Assembly: GCF_003918875.1 (NCBI RefSeq)
Contig: NW_025766336.1
Coordinates: 1,736,001 to 1,800,000 of the forward strand
DNA: 64,000 nt
Origin: Haliotis rubra
Lineage: Eukaryota
Direction: 5' to 3'
Part shown: one piece after another, positions 38,799-52,569 of the stretch
How positions within the stretch are numbered: position 1 is the first letter of the stretch
Layout: every line of letters begins with the position of its first letter
The notes under the pieces: model-generated
Database searches by the model: none
Seen by the model: the letters and a program-made list of their open reading frames with translations, nothing else
What the model was told of the DNA's origin: nothing
Translations under genes and position numbers: made by a program

Positions 38799-40914
38799 CC
38801 TTATCTGATGACAACAGAGGCAGTTGGGACGATAAGTGACGGTTTAGTGTGAAGGTTTTCATGGTAATTACGTACGGTGTATCTCCGTTACGCCCTCGTT
38901 TACCCTTAAGGTCGCTTCACTAACTGCTAATTACGCCTTACACTGTCCTCCTACATGCGATAGCGTGCATTAAGGGGATTATGTAAATATGGCGCGTATT
39001 GCACGTGCTGCACGTGTAGAGGTGGCGACTGACACTCCGTGACAGGCCAACGCTGGTGTTGCCCCAGTCGGCACTGGTTAATCTGATAATGCTCAATTTA
39101 AAACTACAGGTCTCTAATGGAAACCACATGGCAAAGGTTTTGTAGCTGATTAAAGAAGAGAAGCTGTTGAATGTATCATGTGACTGAACGTTTCGTAACT
39201 GGGTTGGCTTGCCTTGGTGTCACTGCGAAACGGAATGTCTGCAAGCTGGTGCGAAACAGACATTGGTTCCAATTTTGAATGATCAGGAATAAGAAACACA
39301 TTCGCAGTAAAGACTTCTTTGGACAGAGCATCGGTTTTCTGGATAAACGTTACATGAACTTCACATTAGACAGGCAGATCTGTTTCCCAGTACACTAGAC
39401 TTACATTTAGTCTCTGAACAGTTGTCTTAATAAAATACATCTGAATCAAGCCCAGGGACTCTCTTCATTTACCAACGGCAGGAATGTAGACTTGCCAAAT
39501 ATTCTAGATTTGCAATGGCTGTAAAGAATATCTTTATTTCATGGTCTGCATTAGACAAACAACGGGTCTCTGAAATGAACATATTTTACAGAAAAAAGGC
39601 TCATAGTGAAAAAAAACCCAAAAATATAATAAAAAGGAGCCCTGAGACTTTCTTCATTTTCTGAAGCTGTGGAAATCTAGACTTGCCACATTTTCTAAAC
39701 TTGCGTGGGATTTCTTGGATATATTTGCTTCAGGGTCTTTTGACAGACCAGGTCTGTATCAGAGACTACCAGAGCACGTCAGGACTTTGATATGGTGTAA
39801 CTGCTATGCATGCGCATCGTTGGTCTATAATTCATTTTTATACCGTAAAGAATGAAGAATGAATTCCATCGACCATTAATACACACAGTCCACATTCAAC
39901 TGGTTGTATTCTTTTTATGAGGGACGTGGGACACGGGTGTGTATCAACTATTTCTTCATTTCAAATCTCATGTGAATAGGAAGAATCATCGTTATAGCCG
40001 AAATGACATGTGGATACACAATCAACCTTTTATTTGATCTGTTTTCGTGCCTGTTTATGTCCAGAGCGACATGTTGGGGTGGGCACGCTGACACAAACAG
40101 TCCTCCTTGGCAGAATGCCCTGAACTCTCACCACAGGTAGCTGTCAACCCAAGGGTGGACAATGACAGACGCGTGTAGCTCTATACCTACATTGTCTACG
40201 TGAAGAAGCGTACCCACCACTGTCGTATTGTCCTCCAGGGGGCGCTGTCAACACACACGCGTTATCTACCGAGACTTCTTTGATTTGATTTGTTGAGATC
40301 AATGTATTGACCTATAAGCGTGAATGAGATACGCGCGAGCTGCGCGCGTGTTGCGGTTAGCTACGTGTACAATCAAGCCGGTAACTGCTCCTATTCGCGT
40401 GGTATATCAATGAATAGAATGAAAGGGTTGTTTATCTCAATACGTACAGGAAAAGTTTCCACAATGGTATATTTCAGTGCTGAAATAAGGTCAGAGAGGC
40501 TATGCGTTTGGACACGTGCATCTGGACATTTCTTAACCTGTCAATGGTTATGCATTAATCCTGACAAAGTCTGAACACGTAAATAGGATAACCTAGATAG
40601 TATACTGGGACCTACGGTTATCCTTTATTGCACGTATAGAACTTGAATAAACGGTGCTTAGGACAGGAAATACCTTCCTTAATCCAGTGAGTGTATATAG
40701 TCCCTACTGACAACCTGCCCTATAAATCTCGTCTTTCATATCTGAACTTTATATATAGCCACATTATACTCCATATTTGGTACGGGAAGGGTATTTAGTA
40801 AATGTTGAGCTTGATACAGCCAATCTTTGCCAGATATTTAGTGACGAAATCAATTTTGAACATTACCCTGATGTTGATAATCAGAGTTCACCGGTCGAGC
40901 TGAGACTGAATACT

Positions 40915-41680
40915 AGTGTTCACACGGGTAGGACGAGGATGACCATTAGTGTTCACACGGGTAAGACGAGGTTGACCATTAGTGTTCACACGGGTAAGAC
41001 GAGGTTGACCATTAGTGTTCACACGGGTAAGACGAGGTTGACCATTAGAGTTCACACGGGTAAGACGAGGTTGACCATTAGTGTTCACACGGGTAAGACG
41101 AGGTTGACCATTAGTGTTCACACGGGTAAGATTACGTTAGACAACAATATTCACGGGGGTAAAATGTGGTTAAATGCCAGTGTTTACATGGGTAAGATTA
41201 CGTTAGACAACATTGTTCACGGGGATAAGATGTGGTTAAATACCAGTGTATGTTTTTACACGGGTAAGATTACGTTAGACAACAATATTCACGGGGGTAA
41301 AATGTGGTTAAATGCCAGTGTTTACATGGGTAAGATTACGTTAGACAACATTGTTCACGGGGATAAGATGTCGTTAAATACCAGTGTATGTTTTTACACG
41401 GGTAAGATTACGTTAGACAACAATATTCATGGGGGTAAGATGTGGTTAAATACCAGTGTTTACACGGGTAAGATTACGTTAGACAACATTGTTCACGGGG
41501 ATAAGATGTGGTTAAATACCAGTGTATGTTTTTACACGGGTAAGATTACGTTAGACAACAATATTCATGGGGGTAAAATGTGGTTAAATACCAGTGTTTA
41601 CACGGGTAAGATTACGTTAGACAACATTGTTCACGGGGATAAGATGTGGTTAAATACCAGTGTTTACACGGGTAAGATGT
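40915..41680. repeat. 33-bp minisatellite grading into 66/72-bp higher-order units
   Basis: Unit AGTGTTCACACGGGTAAGACGAGGTTGACCATT, then alternating ...AAGATTACGTTAGACAAC and ...AAGATGTGGTTAAATACC units. Confidence 0.92.
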
Positions 41681-44600
41681 AGAGGAATGCCAATGTTCGC
41701 ATGGATACAATGAGACTGAATGTCAGTGACTGACAGTTGTGTACCAGTGTCCTTGGGCCTGGCCAGTCTGAGGCGTGAATACAATCTTGTTATGAATGCC
41801 AAAACAATTGTGTTTGTGCAAACACATGCACCCTGTCCCCTAATTCCATCAGACAAACACCCCAGCCTGCTGCGTCACGTGAAATAGGAGGGTACAGACA
41901 CCCCAGGGCAGGGACCGCGTGCAGGGCACAATGTACCCAGCAGCACCCATGCATCGTTGGTACGATGTTAGGGAGGCCAGGGATGAGGAGAGACAAAACT
42001 GGTTTGCGACACAATTGGATGATACTTGACGAAATAGCTTGGTGAGATTATTGGGGCTAAACGGACACGACAGTGTTGAAATGACAGAAAAGCAGTGACC
42101 TCTCATTATCGGATCTGACCCCACAGGTGCTCGAATCATCAACCCAGCGCCTCACAATGCTTGACCCCTGCACGTGCGGGTCGTAGGGCTGACCTCTCGA
42201 CGTAACGCTGCCCCGAAATCCCGCCTTTTGTTCTAACGGCACTGACCTGCTGACTTGGGCGGTTCATCTCATTATTAACTGATAATCCGCAACAGTAAGA
42301 GAGGGAGGAACGGGCTGGGTGTAACAGTTGGGGGTACTGCGTCACAGCAATAGGACAATAATGATTAGACACTGTTGCTGTATGAAGATGGGGTGGAGAT
42401 AGAGGGGACGGGTCAGGGCCACTGTGGCAGAGGTGGGGATGAACAGAGAGAACTCGCTCCGAGGGGAGCGGGGAGTGGTTACTCAGGGGGTGGTAGAGCG
42501 GGCTGTGTGTGAGGGGTTGGAGAAGTCTGGAGGGGTGTATTTACAACATACGGGATCTGATACTGTGACACGACGTCTCAAGTTTTCATGGTATTTACGA
42601 CACACGAATACAATAGAGATATTGGCCAGAGTCCTCGGTCGTATCAATAATGAGGCCAGCCTTCCACATAAACACTTGTTTATCGCGCACTGAACACTCA
42701 CACAGATCGATAACAACACTACGATTGATGTCTAGGAAATTGTTTAAGACATTTTCGTATACACAACATCCAATTATGGAGTACAACTGATAAAATCTCA
42801 AGTGTGTACATTTGACTTATAACCAGTTTGAGTCAAGCGCTGAATAACGGCCTAACTATATTGAACCAAAGAGAGGCTAAGACATGCGCAGCATAGTTTC
42901 GATGCAGGTGCCCCCTGCTGTTGAACTTACTCAAAGAGACGGAAGCCCAGTCCGACGACCATCCACTCCTCATCTATCCCTTCCTTGCTGTGAACCACGC
43001 AATGTTATCGACAGGCGACGGATGCAAGCTTACAGGATTATCAACTCCCCCAACCCTCCGTCCCATGTCAACAGCTCAACGCTATCACGGGGCACAGACA
43101 ACACAACTCGTAAACAATAAACAAAAAAACTCAAACAGTTTTACCCCCAAATCGAAGATTTGCTTCCCGTTGCAGTCGCGCGTGTTTACCCTGGAGGTGT
43201 CAGATAGTGTGCCGCCTGACCCCCGGACGCTTCAGGGTCTGTGGTCGGTACCACATCAAACACACGCCCATTCCACCCCCGGGATAGACAGACTAGGGTG
43301 ACATGCTTGGCGAGTTGAAGGAACCGCCCCTCGCAGAATCCAATACACAAGGACAATATACCTGCAATTCCTGACTTTGATCTAAGATTCAGATAAACAC
43401 ACAGATGAAACCAGGTAGGAAGCCTCAGATACCCTGGCATCAGCAGAACAGAGGTCTTACAAACAGGCCTACACGTTCACAGTTTCAAAATTTGCAGCAA
43501 AGGTACAACCTATTACCCCCTTACGTATGATACGCATGAACAAGGAAGCGAGTGATGCTTGTTTACCACAGGTGATGTTTACCTGTTGTTCCCCGAGACG
43601 CTGATGACGTTCACAACAGCTATGAGGGACATGTCGCTCCCAACACCGGTAACTGTAGTCACGGGGGCAACAGCAACAACAGGGAAGTCAACAGCAAAAA
43701 CAAAACATCAAGTTGAATCCCGCGGTTGAGAGTTTGAGACACAAAGTCATTCACAGGCTTAGGGAGGAAATCTTGGTGAACAGGCAGCCTGCCAGGTGTA
43801 CTTTTACTATCCCGACCAAACAGTCGACCAGCACCGACTGATGTCACACGGGTTTGTTGTCATTGAATTCATATTGATTTAACAAAAACAAAGACGAGTC
43901 ACACCATAACAATTACTGACATTGCAGAGATTTACTTAGAAACACAGAATATAAGAGGAACTTAATGTATTTCAAACACGGAAGGTCAAGTGTAGAAATC
44001 CTATACTCAAAGTGATGGGTTGAGGTCTTAGTGTCAATGAGGAATTATGTTTATGATGCAGAGAATCTCGGCATGCATGAGGTGCTTTGTGGGAGGCTAA
44101 CGCATCTCTTCCTGCTGTCCTGCATCGGCACCTCACGTAGATCAAGAACTATACGAGACTGTGCAGCTTGACTGAGGGGCAGCCCTACCTTCAGAGGGCT
44201 TCAGGTCACAGGTACACGACATGCAAGTGTATACAAAGTGCTGCGGTTTAAGAGTCCACGACTCTGTTGCTATTAGAGAAGGTTTCAGTCAAACTAATCT
44301 ATGACTGCATGACACAGGAGAACATGGTTCATGCTGTCTTGTCATTTTTGGGTCTCCTTTGTGTCGTAATTGGCAATACGTCTTTGGTGATTTTACCAGC
44401 TTGAGTAATATGTAAACGACACACTGCGGTAAAGATGCAATGAGATGGGTCTACTCCTACAGTTGTACAGGGATAGTTTTCCTACAGGATAGAAAGCTGA
44501 TATACGTATATGATAATTTATAATTATTATAGCTGTATTATAACAGGCAACTGAGCGACACTGCTGTATATTCAATCTCCTTTGCCAGCTCACAGTAAAT

Positions 44601-47170
44601 CCAAGAACCTAACTTGTTATGGTTGGGTCTGTATGTTCCAGGAAGCACAAAAAGAAGTATATGTTTGGTGAAGATTCAACAGAAGCCGTGATGTCAGCTG
44701 AATTCGCCTTGTTTTTCAAGCTGAAAGTTCATGTACATCTTGACAGGCTATCCATCCACTGTAAACAGGTGCTCGTTGATTTGTATAATTAATCCTCGAG
44801 GGACGTAGATCTGAATCTGTCAGGAGGAGCCCTCGATTGATTATAGCTATCTGTGTGACCTTTACTTACAATACTTATGTTGTACTTATCTAGAATATAC
44901 AGCGCGGAGGATGTGATCCATCACATATACCTTGTGATCACGTCCATGTCACTTAAAGGTAAACCGTAATTAGCGCAGGTAAGCTGTCATCAGGTGTGTG
45001 TCGACGATGTCCACGCAGATCTTGTATGTTGACGCAAACCCGATGTAGAAGACAGACAAGTTTGTGGTGGTGCTGGTTTCATATTGGTATCCTCCACGTC
45101 CACAACAGTCATCTGAATTTCACCTGTCACCCTGTGTATGTTGATTACAGGTACAGTGATCATCCATCACCCGAGCATTTCCGTATATCACACAGCCGTA
45201 CCTGTTGATTACAGGTGAGCGGCGTTAGCCCTCTAGCAGCTCAATACCATTCAGTCGGACAATCTATTAACGCAGTTGACATCACTATTATTGTCACAGC
45301 CTGTATGCAATTAGCGACAGGTAAGTTACAATTTACCTGACAACGTTGGTTTTGTTACAGCTGCATTCAAATTTAATTTTCAAACGCGTTAAAATCTGAA
45401 AGGCAATTTTCTTATAGTGTACATTTGTCGATTTCATGGTGTCTTTGAAAACTTGAAACGGCTGTACGAGAAAATAGGATTCTAAAATTGCAGGCGTCTT
45501 GGACAGTCTGTTGACTACGATATTGCTACAGGTCGTCGGTACACAGCGTGAATACACAGACGCACCTGTAACGAGTGTGCCGCTTTACCGGAGTCTTCCT
45601 GTTCTGTTACAATGCATTGTACAGCAATGTGACAGTTTCAATAGCTTCCCATCCCCGACTCTGTTCTAACAGTGTGTTTATGTCAGTTTCGCTGTGTTCA
45701 CCCAGGCCTGGTATAGGTGCAAGTCTAGACATGCTACCTACATACAGCGTCACGTGTACGTAATAAGCAACTGGGGAGCCCGCCCCAGACATAACACGCA
45801 ATATAGGTCTTGTTGTGACTCGGGGTCACAAGAGTTGGGACTTCTCACTGAGGATAGGTAATCATAAAACTCGAGAGTTGTCGAAGTCTTGTTATCTAAC
45901 TGACAGAATCTGCAGCCAATATTGAGGTTACAGAGCACTCTTAAAGGACCGTGTTCCTGATCTAACAGTGCAAGAACGACCATAAGCAAACTTAGAGTAT
46001 CATCACTTTAGCGCCGTCGCTTTTAAATGAGATTTTCCGTAGTGAAATTCTCAATAGCACCCGAAAATCTGAAAACACATGTTCTAAAATTAGTACTGCA
46101 CGTTTCAGTGGCGAAAACAATTGTACATCTTGGCGAATGTAGTAAATCATCAAGTGTCCCCTGTTGTTGAGAATGTATTCAAGTTTATTTATAGTTTTTC
46201 TAAGCGTATGTAAGTGTGAAATTGGCATATTGTTCACCGGTAACTACGTAGTATTAAATATCCACTGGTATACGAGGTTAGGCTGAAACGTTCTGACCCC
46301 AACGATGACGGAATGTTTCGATGAAATTGTTTGCTATATATAGGAAAGCTGTTGGGTATTAGTAAATGATAAACATGTGTACTATTTATATTTATGTGGC
46401 AATTTTGTACACTGATAAAATTTGCAATTCATTCCGTTTCTGACTCAAACGGACTGTAGTTATCTTTCATCAAACTCATCTCCAAGGTCCACGCCAGCGT
46501 TCGAAATTTACGTCGGTCCTTAGGCCCAAAGTCGACTGAAAACCACTCGGACACACAGCTTTTGTTTACTGCAGCTTTTTAATCCCAAATAACTAAGAGT
46601 AAATTTTGAGAAAATATCATTCAGTAATTTTTAGATAACTCTTTAACTCGGTTTTATTGTTTGCTGGGAATTATTTATATTGTAGCTAAAATATAGGGCC
46701 AACACATTCTGATCAGGGCTCACAACTTTTTATGGTTCTGGGTCCTTAGGGCCTGCAGCGTTTCAGGGTTAAGGGCAAACACTGGTCCACATACTTCTGT
46801 TAACGGTGACCTCGGTCCTCTTGGTTGTGTAGCAAGTCCTCCAGGAATGACGTCATCAACATTTGCGTAAAACTTTGCCAGTAATTTATTTCTCCATGTT
46901 TGAGAAGAAGTGAAAATTTGACGTCGCGAAATCTGTTGAATACAGAGGATGTTCAGTGAGTTGAGGTCTGAGACGTTTGTTGCCGCCATGGCGCCAGCGG
47001 ACTTGTACACCGGTACATTGTTCTGGTGGAACAGTCTTTGTCTTCTTCGGAGGAGGACATGTTAGATGTTTACATTGAATATTGCTTAGGCTCTGGTCGA
47101 TTATGCTCTACCCAAGACTCATTCATGATTACAAATCGCTAAATAAAATCAGTGATGTCACTTTGGCTGA

Positions 47171-47620
47171 AGGGGTCGTTGTCGCCACAGGTACTATAGA
47201 TATGTACACCAGGTACGTTTCTGAATTTAGGAATGTACCCTAAACAAAGTCAAAATACAGAAATTTACCCGGTACCCTAATCGACGGACGAGTCCATATT
47301 CCGCAACCCAAAACCGAAAACATATACTGTTGTTCTCGATAGCGAGTGGTAGTGTGCATCGCAAATCATTCGTTATAGAGCAGTGTATGCTCTTTACCAT
47401 GTAGGTTTCTTATATACGCATCAAATGCAAAAGTATGACAGTTCCGATTAAGAAAACGGCACAATACGATTAGAATCGTCCTAGGGTACGTTTCTGTATT
47501 CTGACTTTGGATAGGGTACTACAGATGTGTACCCCAGGTACCTTTCTGTATAGTAGTATCAGAGACCATATAATATCTATTATATGGTCTCTGGTAGTAC
47601 CCGTGCCGACAACAACCCCT
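47171..47620. mobile_element. ~450-bp MITE with long imperfect TIRs (Harbinger-like)
   Basis: AGGGGTCGTTGTCGCCACAGGTACTA ... TAGTACCCGTGCCGACAACAACCCCT, flanked by TGA / TAA, with further internal inverted homology. Confidence 0.7.
47560..47593. mobile_element. 34-bp palindromic micro-MITE with 7-bp TSD, nested in a larger MITE
   Basis: GTAGTAT|CAGAGACCATATAATATCTATTATATGGTCTCTG|GTAGTAC. Confidence 0.85.
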
Positions 47621-47649
47621 TAAGGGCCTCTTTGATGCCTTCAGAAATA

Positions 47650-47809
47650 TACTGAGAGAAACAAATAAAGGATCACAGGAAAATGCAAGCGTTCCTTTAA
47701 TAATTTCCCTTTTTCATCACCATCTTTGAATAGCTCTGTGGTGATGAAAACTAGAACAATAAACGAATGCCTGAATTTTCCTGTGATCCTTTATTTGTTT
47801 GTTTCAGTA
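47650..47809. mobile_element. 160-bp Tc1/mariner-type MITE
   Basis: TA|TACTGAGAGAAACAAATAAAGGATCACAGGAAAAT ... ATTTTCCTGTGATCCTTTATTTGTTTGTTTCAGTA|TA. Confidence 0.8.
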
Positions 47810-48949
47810 TATGATGCCTAGTGGCATAGCTTGTCAGCATGGAAAGCATTGTGAACCTTTAAGGATGTGCTATATCACCTTCGTATTTAGGCTCAGGACT
47901 TTTCAACCCATGTATCTGTTGACGGGTATAGGATCTACCCTCGCCTGCCTGCTGTGTGAGAACGGTGGTTCCTCGATCTTATCACATCATCTACGGTAGA
48001 TTGAATCAGTGTGATTCAACGCTCTTACATTTGGGATTCCTGACAAGAAACTAAAATGTAGGAATAACGCCAAAACAGCGTACGATAAGGGCCTATTGGA
48101 GGTCTAAAGTGTTTAAAGAAGTCACATTCACGCAGAGGCTGGATAATTACCGATTGTATTGATTATTTTCATTGAACACATTGTATCGGAGTGTGGAGTG
48201 TAACTTTGGGAGAACTCTTCAACGACAGCGGCTGTGATGCGACATGAGAGACAGGTGAGTGACAGGGTCAGGACCTACACAGGTAAAACACAGGTGAGAG
48301 CTTCTGTACAGGTGAAATAACTCTCACAGATGATTATCTCAATAAAACGTATTGTGGAAGTCCTGACCCCCGGGATCGTGCATGTGGAATCTACCCGGGG
48401 ACAGGAAACTAGGGCATGGGACGAGATCCCTGGTATTGTCAGAGGACGGGGTGTCCGGCCTGGCGACCACTAAGTTGACTGTGTTCTAACCCTGATCTTC
48501 GACCCCTAGCGATCTGTGAACTGATACACACACGATGAGGGGATCAGACTGACATTATCAAAGACTCGAGGGTCCTCGGGGCCACGTGTCTGAAAAAACA
48601 GGAAACAGTTATCGCCTTTATTGGGGAGGTACTGACACGGTGTCTTCACGTATTTGGTCATTAATGAAAGTCAAGCGCTCCTTCAACTTGTTAGAGCTGT
48701 GTCTATTCACATGGCCAGTATAGCTTGGTCGTGACCGTCAAACAACGCTCATGGTGGTGTCACCAGGACAAGTAGAACATTGTACAAGTCAGTGTATAGA
48801 ATTGTATCAGAAAACAGCTGTGGGTAAACCTACTACCGGCATGATACTTGCAGACAACATACACCTTTTCCCGGGGACATTACTAGAATCTATTATGCAG
48901 CAGCTGAGTGTCATCTTTCAAGGGGACTTACATACACACTGGCGTTCGT

Positions 48950-49182
48950 TCGTTTCTTTTTCTTTACACCCTCACACTGCAATCTTCCAGCTATATGACG
49001 GCGGTATGAAATAATCAAGTCTGGACCAGGCAATCCAGTGATTGATCTACGCATTGGGATACAATGACATGCATGCTCTAGGTCAGTACGATAGCCTGAC
49101 CACCCTTCCCATTACAATTAGTCTCCTCGTACAACAAGCATGGGTTGCTCAAGACAAATTCTAACATAGATCTTAACAGGTC
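48950..49182 (-). mobile_element. SINE-like family A, diverged full-length copy
   Basis: CCAGCTATATGACGGCGG...AAGCATGGGTTGCTCAAGACAAATTCTAACATAGATCTTAACAGGTC. Confidence 0.8.
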
Positions 49183-49183
49183 G

Positions 49184-49746
49184 ATACTGACGTTAACCTT
49201 ACTTCTTTCAAAATTATTGATGTCACAGAAGTTGTATCATACAATTTTCCAAATTTTCGTATACTTCCTGTCGATTGCCTATGAGTTAATAAATTGTTGT
49301 TTTTCAATTAAGGAATCCCGTGAAGACTGGAGTGGACATAGTCTCTATATGACGTTTTTCTACATTCATGACGAGTCCAGGACGCACCAAGATGCCGTTG
49401 TTCCTGGAAGTCTTCTGTTACAGTATCATATATCATCTAATACAAGAAGTTATCACATACTATGATCATCTGTCTAACAAATTACTTTACTTGTACAACA
49501 CATGTTAATACGATATATTATACATATGGGCTAATATAGATCTATTTCAGTAAGCACACACGTATATTTCACATTATGTTTGTCATGAACATATTGTTGA
49601 CTTAATACAGGTATCGTTTTGACAGTCATCAGATTTTACGTCATACTGACATTTACCTTACTTCTTTCAAAATTATTGATGTCACAGAAGTTGTATCATA
49701 CAATTTTCCTGTATCATTTTGACAGTCATCAGATTTTTCGTCATAC
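49184..49746. repeat. Local direct duplications (~67 bp at ~49184 and ~49643; ~35 bp at ~49612 and ~49711)
   Basis: ACCTTACTTCTTTCAAAATTATTGATGTCACAGAAGTTGTATCATACAATTTTCC occurs twice, and TTTTGACAGTCATCAGATTTT occurs twice. Confidence 0.8.
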
Positions 49747-49817
49747 GGCCATCGTTTTGAAGTGATTAATGTACTACACAGTCACTTGTGTTTATGTAAC
49801 TGACTTCATGTATATAT

Positions 49818-49970
49818 GGGGCGGTGAGGTAGCCCAGTAGATAAAGCGTTGGTTCGTCATGCCGATTCCCCACATGGGTACAATGTGTGAAGCCCATTTC
49901 TGATGTCCTCCGCAGTGATATTGCTGGAATATTGCTAAAAGCGTCGTAAAACCATAACCACTCACTCACT
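49818..49970 (+). mobile_element. tRNA-derived SINE family B
   Basis: GGGGCGGTGAGGTAGCCCAGTAG...CACTCACTCACT with a perfect TSD CATGTATATAT (49807-49817 / 49971-49981). Confidence 0.88.
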
Positions 49971-52569
49971 CATGTATATATGGTTACTGTTAGCTTCCTA
50001 ACATGTACTACTGGAATGTTAAAACATATTTTCTCATTGATGGATGTGTTCCACAAATCATGTTTCAGAATTCACACATTTCCTCAGTCTTGAAAACAAA
50101 TAATGAATAAATACAAAACGTCTCCTGCACATGTCGTAAATCAGTATGACACTCATTGAAGAATTTTTTTATATGCTTTACGATATTACCCTAAGACAGA
50201 CCATTATCTACAGAGACGGTAGGAACCCCAGGAAAGGAAATGTGCCATGACGGACAGTTACTTTACTTTAAGTGTTTTCATAAAGGCACGTGTTACTGAC
50301 AACACATTCACTAAGAAAAAAGATTTAGTTCTTTTTGGTGAGACGCTCTTGTTAATAAGTCGTACAGAGCTATATGCAGCCATTGTTGAATCTATCACAC
50401 CAGAAATGGTATATAACCCTGGAAATTAGACGTCATTGTTGTCGCTGCATTGCTGTAGATGAGGACGAGTAGTTACAGTTGCAGGGACACAATGGGGTGA
50501 GGTTCAGGGTTGTGGGCAGCCCTCCGGACTCTCTCCACCATCACCAGGGGAGTCTGCACCTACCACCAACTATGGCATTGTCCGTCACTGCTGCTTGGCT
50601 TCATTGCTGACACTAATTTCAGGAGACCCATACATCAAGTGTATGCCTCGTCGCCTTTAAACCAAAGGATTTAAAAGAATGAAGAAAATAGCCAGCGTCC
50701 ACTCTTAATACATTGACTGCCCACATCGCACGTCCACTGTTCCTCGACAGCGGTCTGATCCGGGTCATCTGCTTGTCGTCTGCCACAAAGATTTACTGAG
50801 CACGTGACTAACACGCCCCCTGGTGGTGTTCATCAGAAGCTATTGTTCTTTGACGGGTGATTACCTATGGTTTATCCTTGGTCGGCCACCTGGAACATCA
50901 GCTAGTTAGAGGCTATTACTGACCCGTCGGACATCTTCGGCCAGCCAGTGTCCACCAAGACACTGCCTTATGACATAGGGACAGTACGTCCGGTGATCTA
51001 TAGGTGTGGGCAGCAACAGTATTCGGATGGTTGTCACCACAATAACCACCGTGTGTTCCATCAGTTGGATCACTGGTTCTACGTTACTGTGTGTCTAAAC
51101 TACTGACATGTGACGTTAAACGTCAATGTCTCGGTCCTCTCACCGTGAACAACATCGATCACACTTAGTCAAAACCATTCTAAACAGGTATCCCTACTAA
51201 AACATAGGACTCATAAAGATTCCTTAGGATTGCGACGTAAAACTTGCTTCATCATAAACGACATATCCAGGTAGAGGTGTTCGAGTTAAGAAGGTTTCCA
51301 TTGCATGTGATCGGCTAACTTTTAGTTCAAGTTATCTTAATATGTGCCCTGTTGTTGTAAAAATTGACATTTTGGCAATATCCCCCGAAACCACAAAACT
51401 GAAAATGTGACGTTATCAACATGTTTTCAACATAATTTTGATCCAATTTTAGACAGCACCATCACTCCAATGGTATAAATGTCATAACTGAATGTATCGT
51501 TATTGAATTCCATGTGCATCTGTCATACACAATAACATATATTACGTTGTGGCCCTATTATGTCATACAGAATAACATATATTACGTTGTGACCCTATTA
51601 TGTCATACGGAAAATGTCTTGCCGTTTTGGAGAGATCAAAATATCTTTAAATAGCCGTACAATCTTTATCTTTTCATTATGCCTTTCAACATAATTGCAA
51701 ATATCCCTGAAATGTTAAAGTGAGCTACACGCCCTTTTTCTAAAAGTACAGTTTTATCATGCCAGTTGCCTTATATACAACATTCTACCATGGTGTTTAG
51801 GAAGCAATCTAAACACGATGTTGTCACGACCTTGGACTCCCTGTTGATATACTGCAGGTCAGCTGTAAATCACCATCTGTTCAGCTGTAGCAAGGACAGA
51901 TAATCGGGAAGAATAGATGAAATCAATTCCTGGGCAGTATTTTGCCCAACCACACCCCTCCCTTCAGACCAGCATCCTCGCCCCTGTAGAGTTACCTGAC
52001 AAGAGAATCAAATATCTCTTCCCTAGTCGACCTATAGCTCACCTGACGCTCCTCTCAACAACCAATTAGCACTGCAAATTGCCGTCTTTTAAACAGACTA
52101 TAGATCTATTAGACTGGCGATGTTTCTCACGACCATTTCATAACATAGCTCAAAAGGCCAGCCTCCCCAGACAGTCGGTTAATGAATGGATATTACCCAT
52201 GTCGGTTTAACCTATAACATTTGAAAGAGCGGAATCTAGTTTGCAGGTATTACATATCTGACCCCCACTGAGCGGGGCGCCACCCCTCCCGTCAATATCT
52301 CACTCCCACCCCGTCTTCAGTGCTGGCTCGTAGGAGTAGAAGCATCTTAGAGGGGTTACGGTGTGTGATGAAGTATGAGACAATCCGATCCCCCCTGCTT
52401 GCACATCCGGGGAGACCGGGTACAGGTGCAGTGAGAGTGGTAATTACAGGTACACCCTGACACCCCGGCTACCCAGCATTCAGCACCACTGTATCTATAT
52501 CACAGCTAATTATACACCTTATATCTGTAACTTTCTGCCCATCTCAGATCTAACACTCGAGTCCTCACC

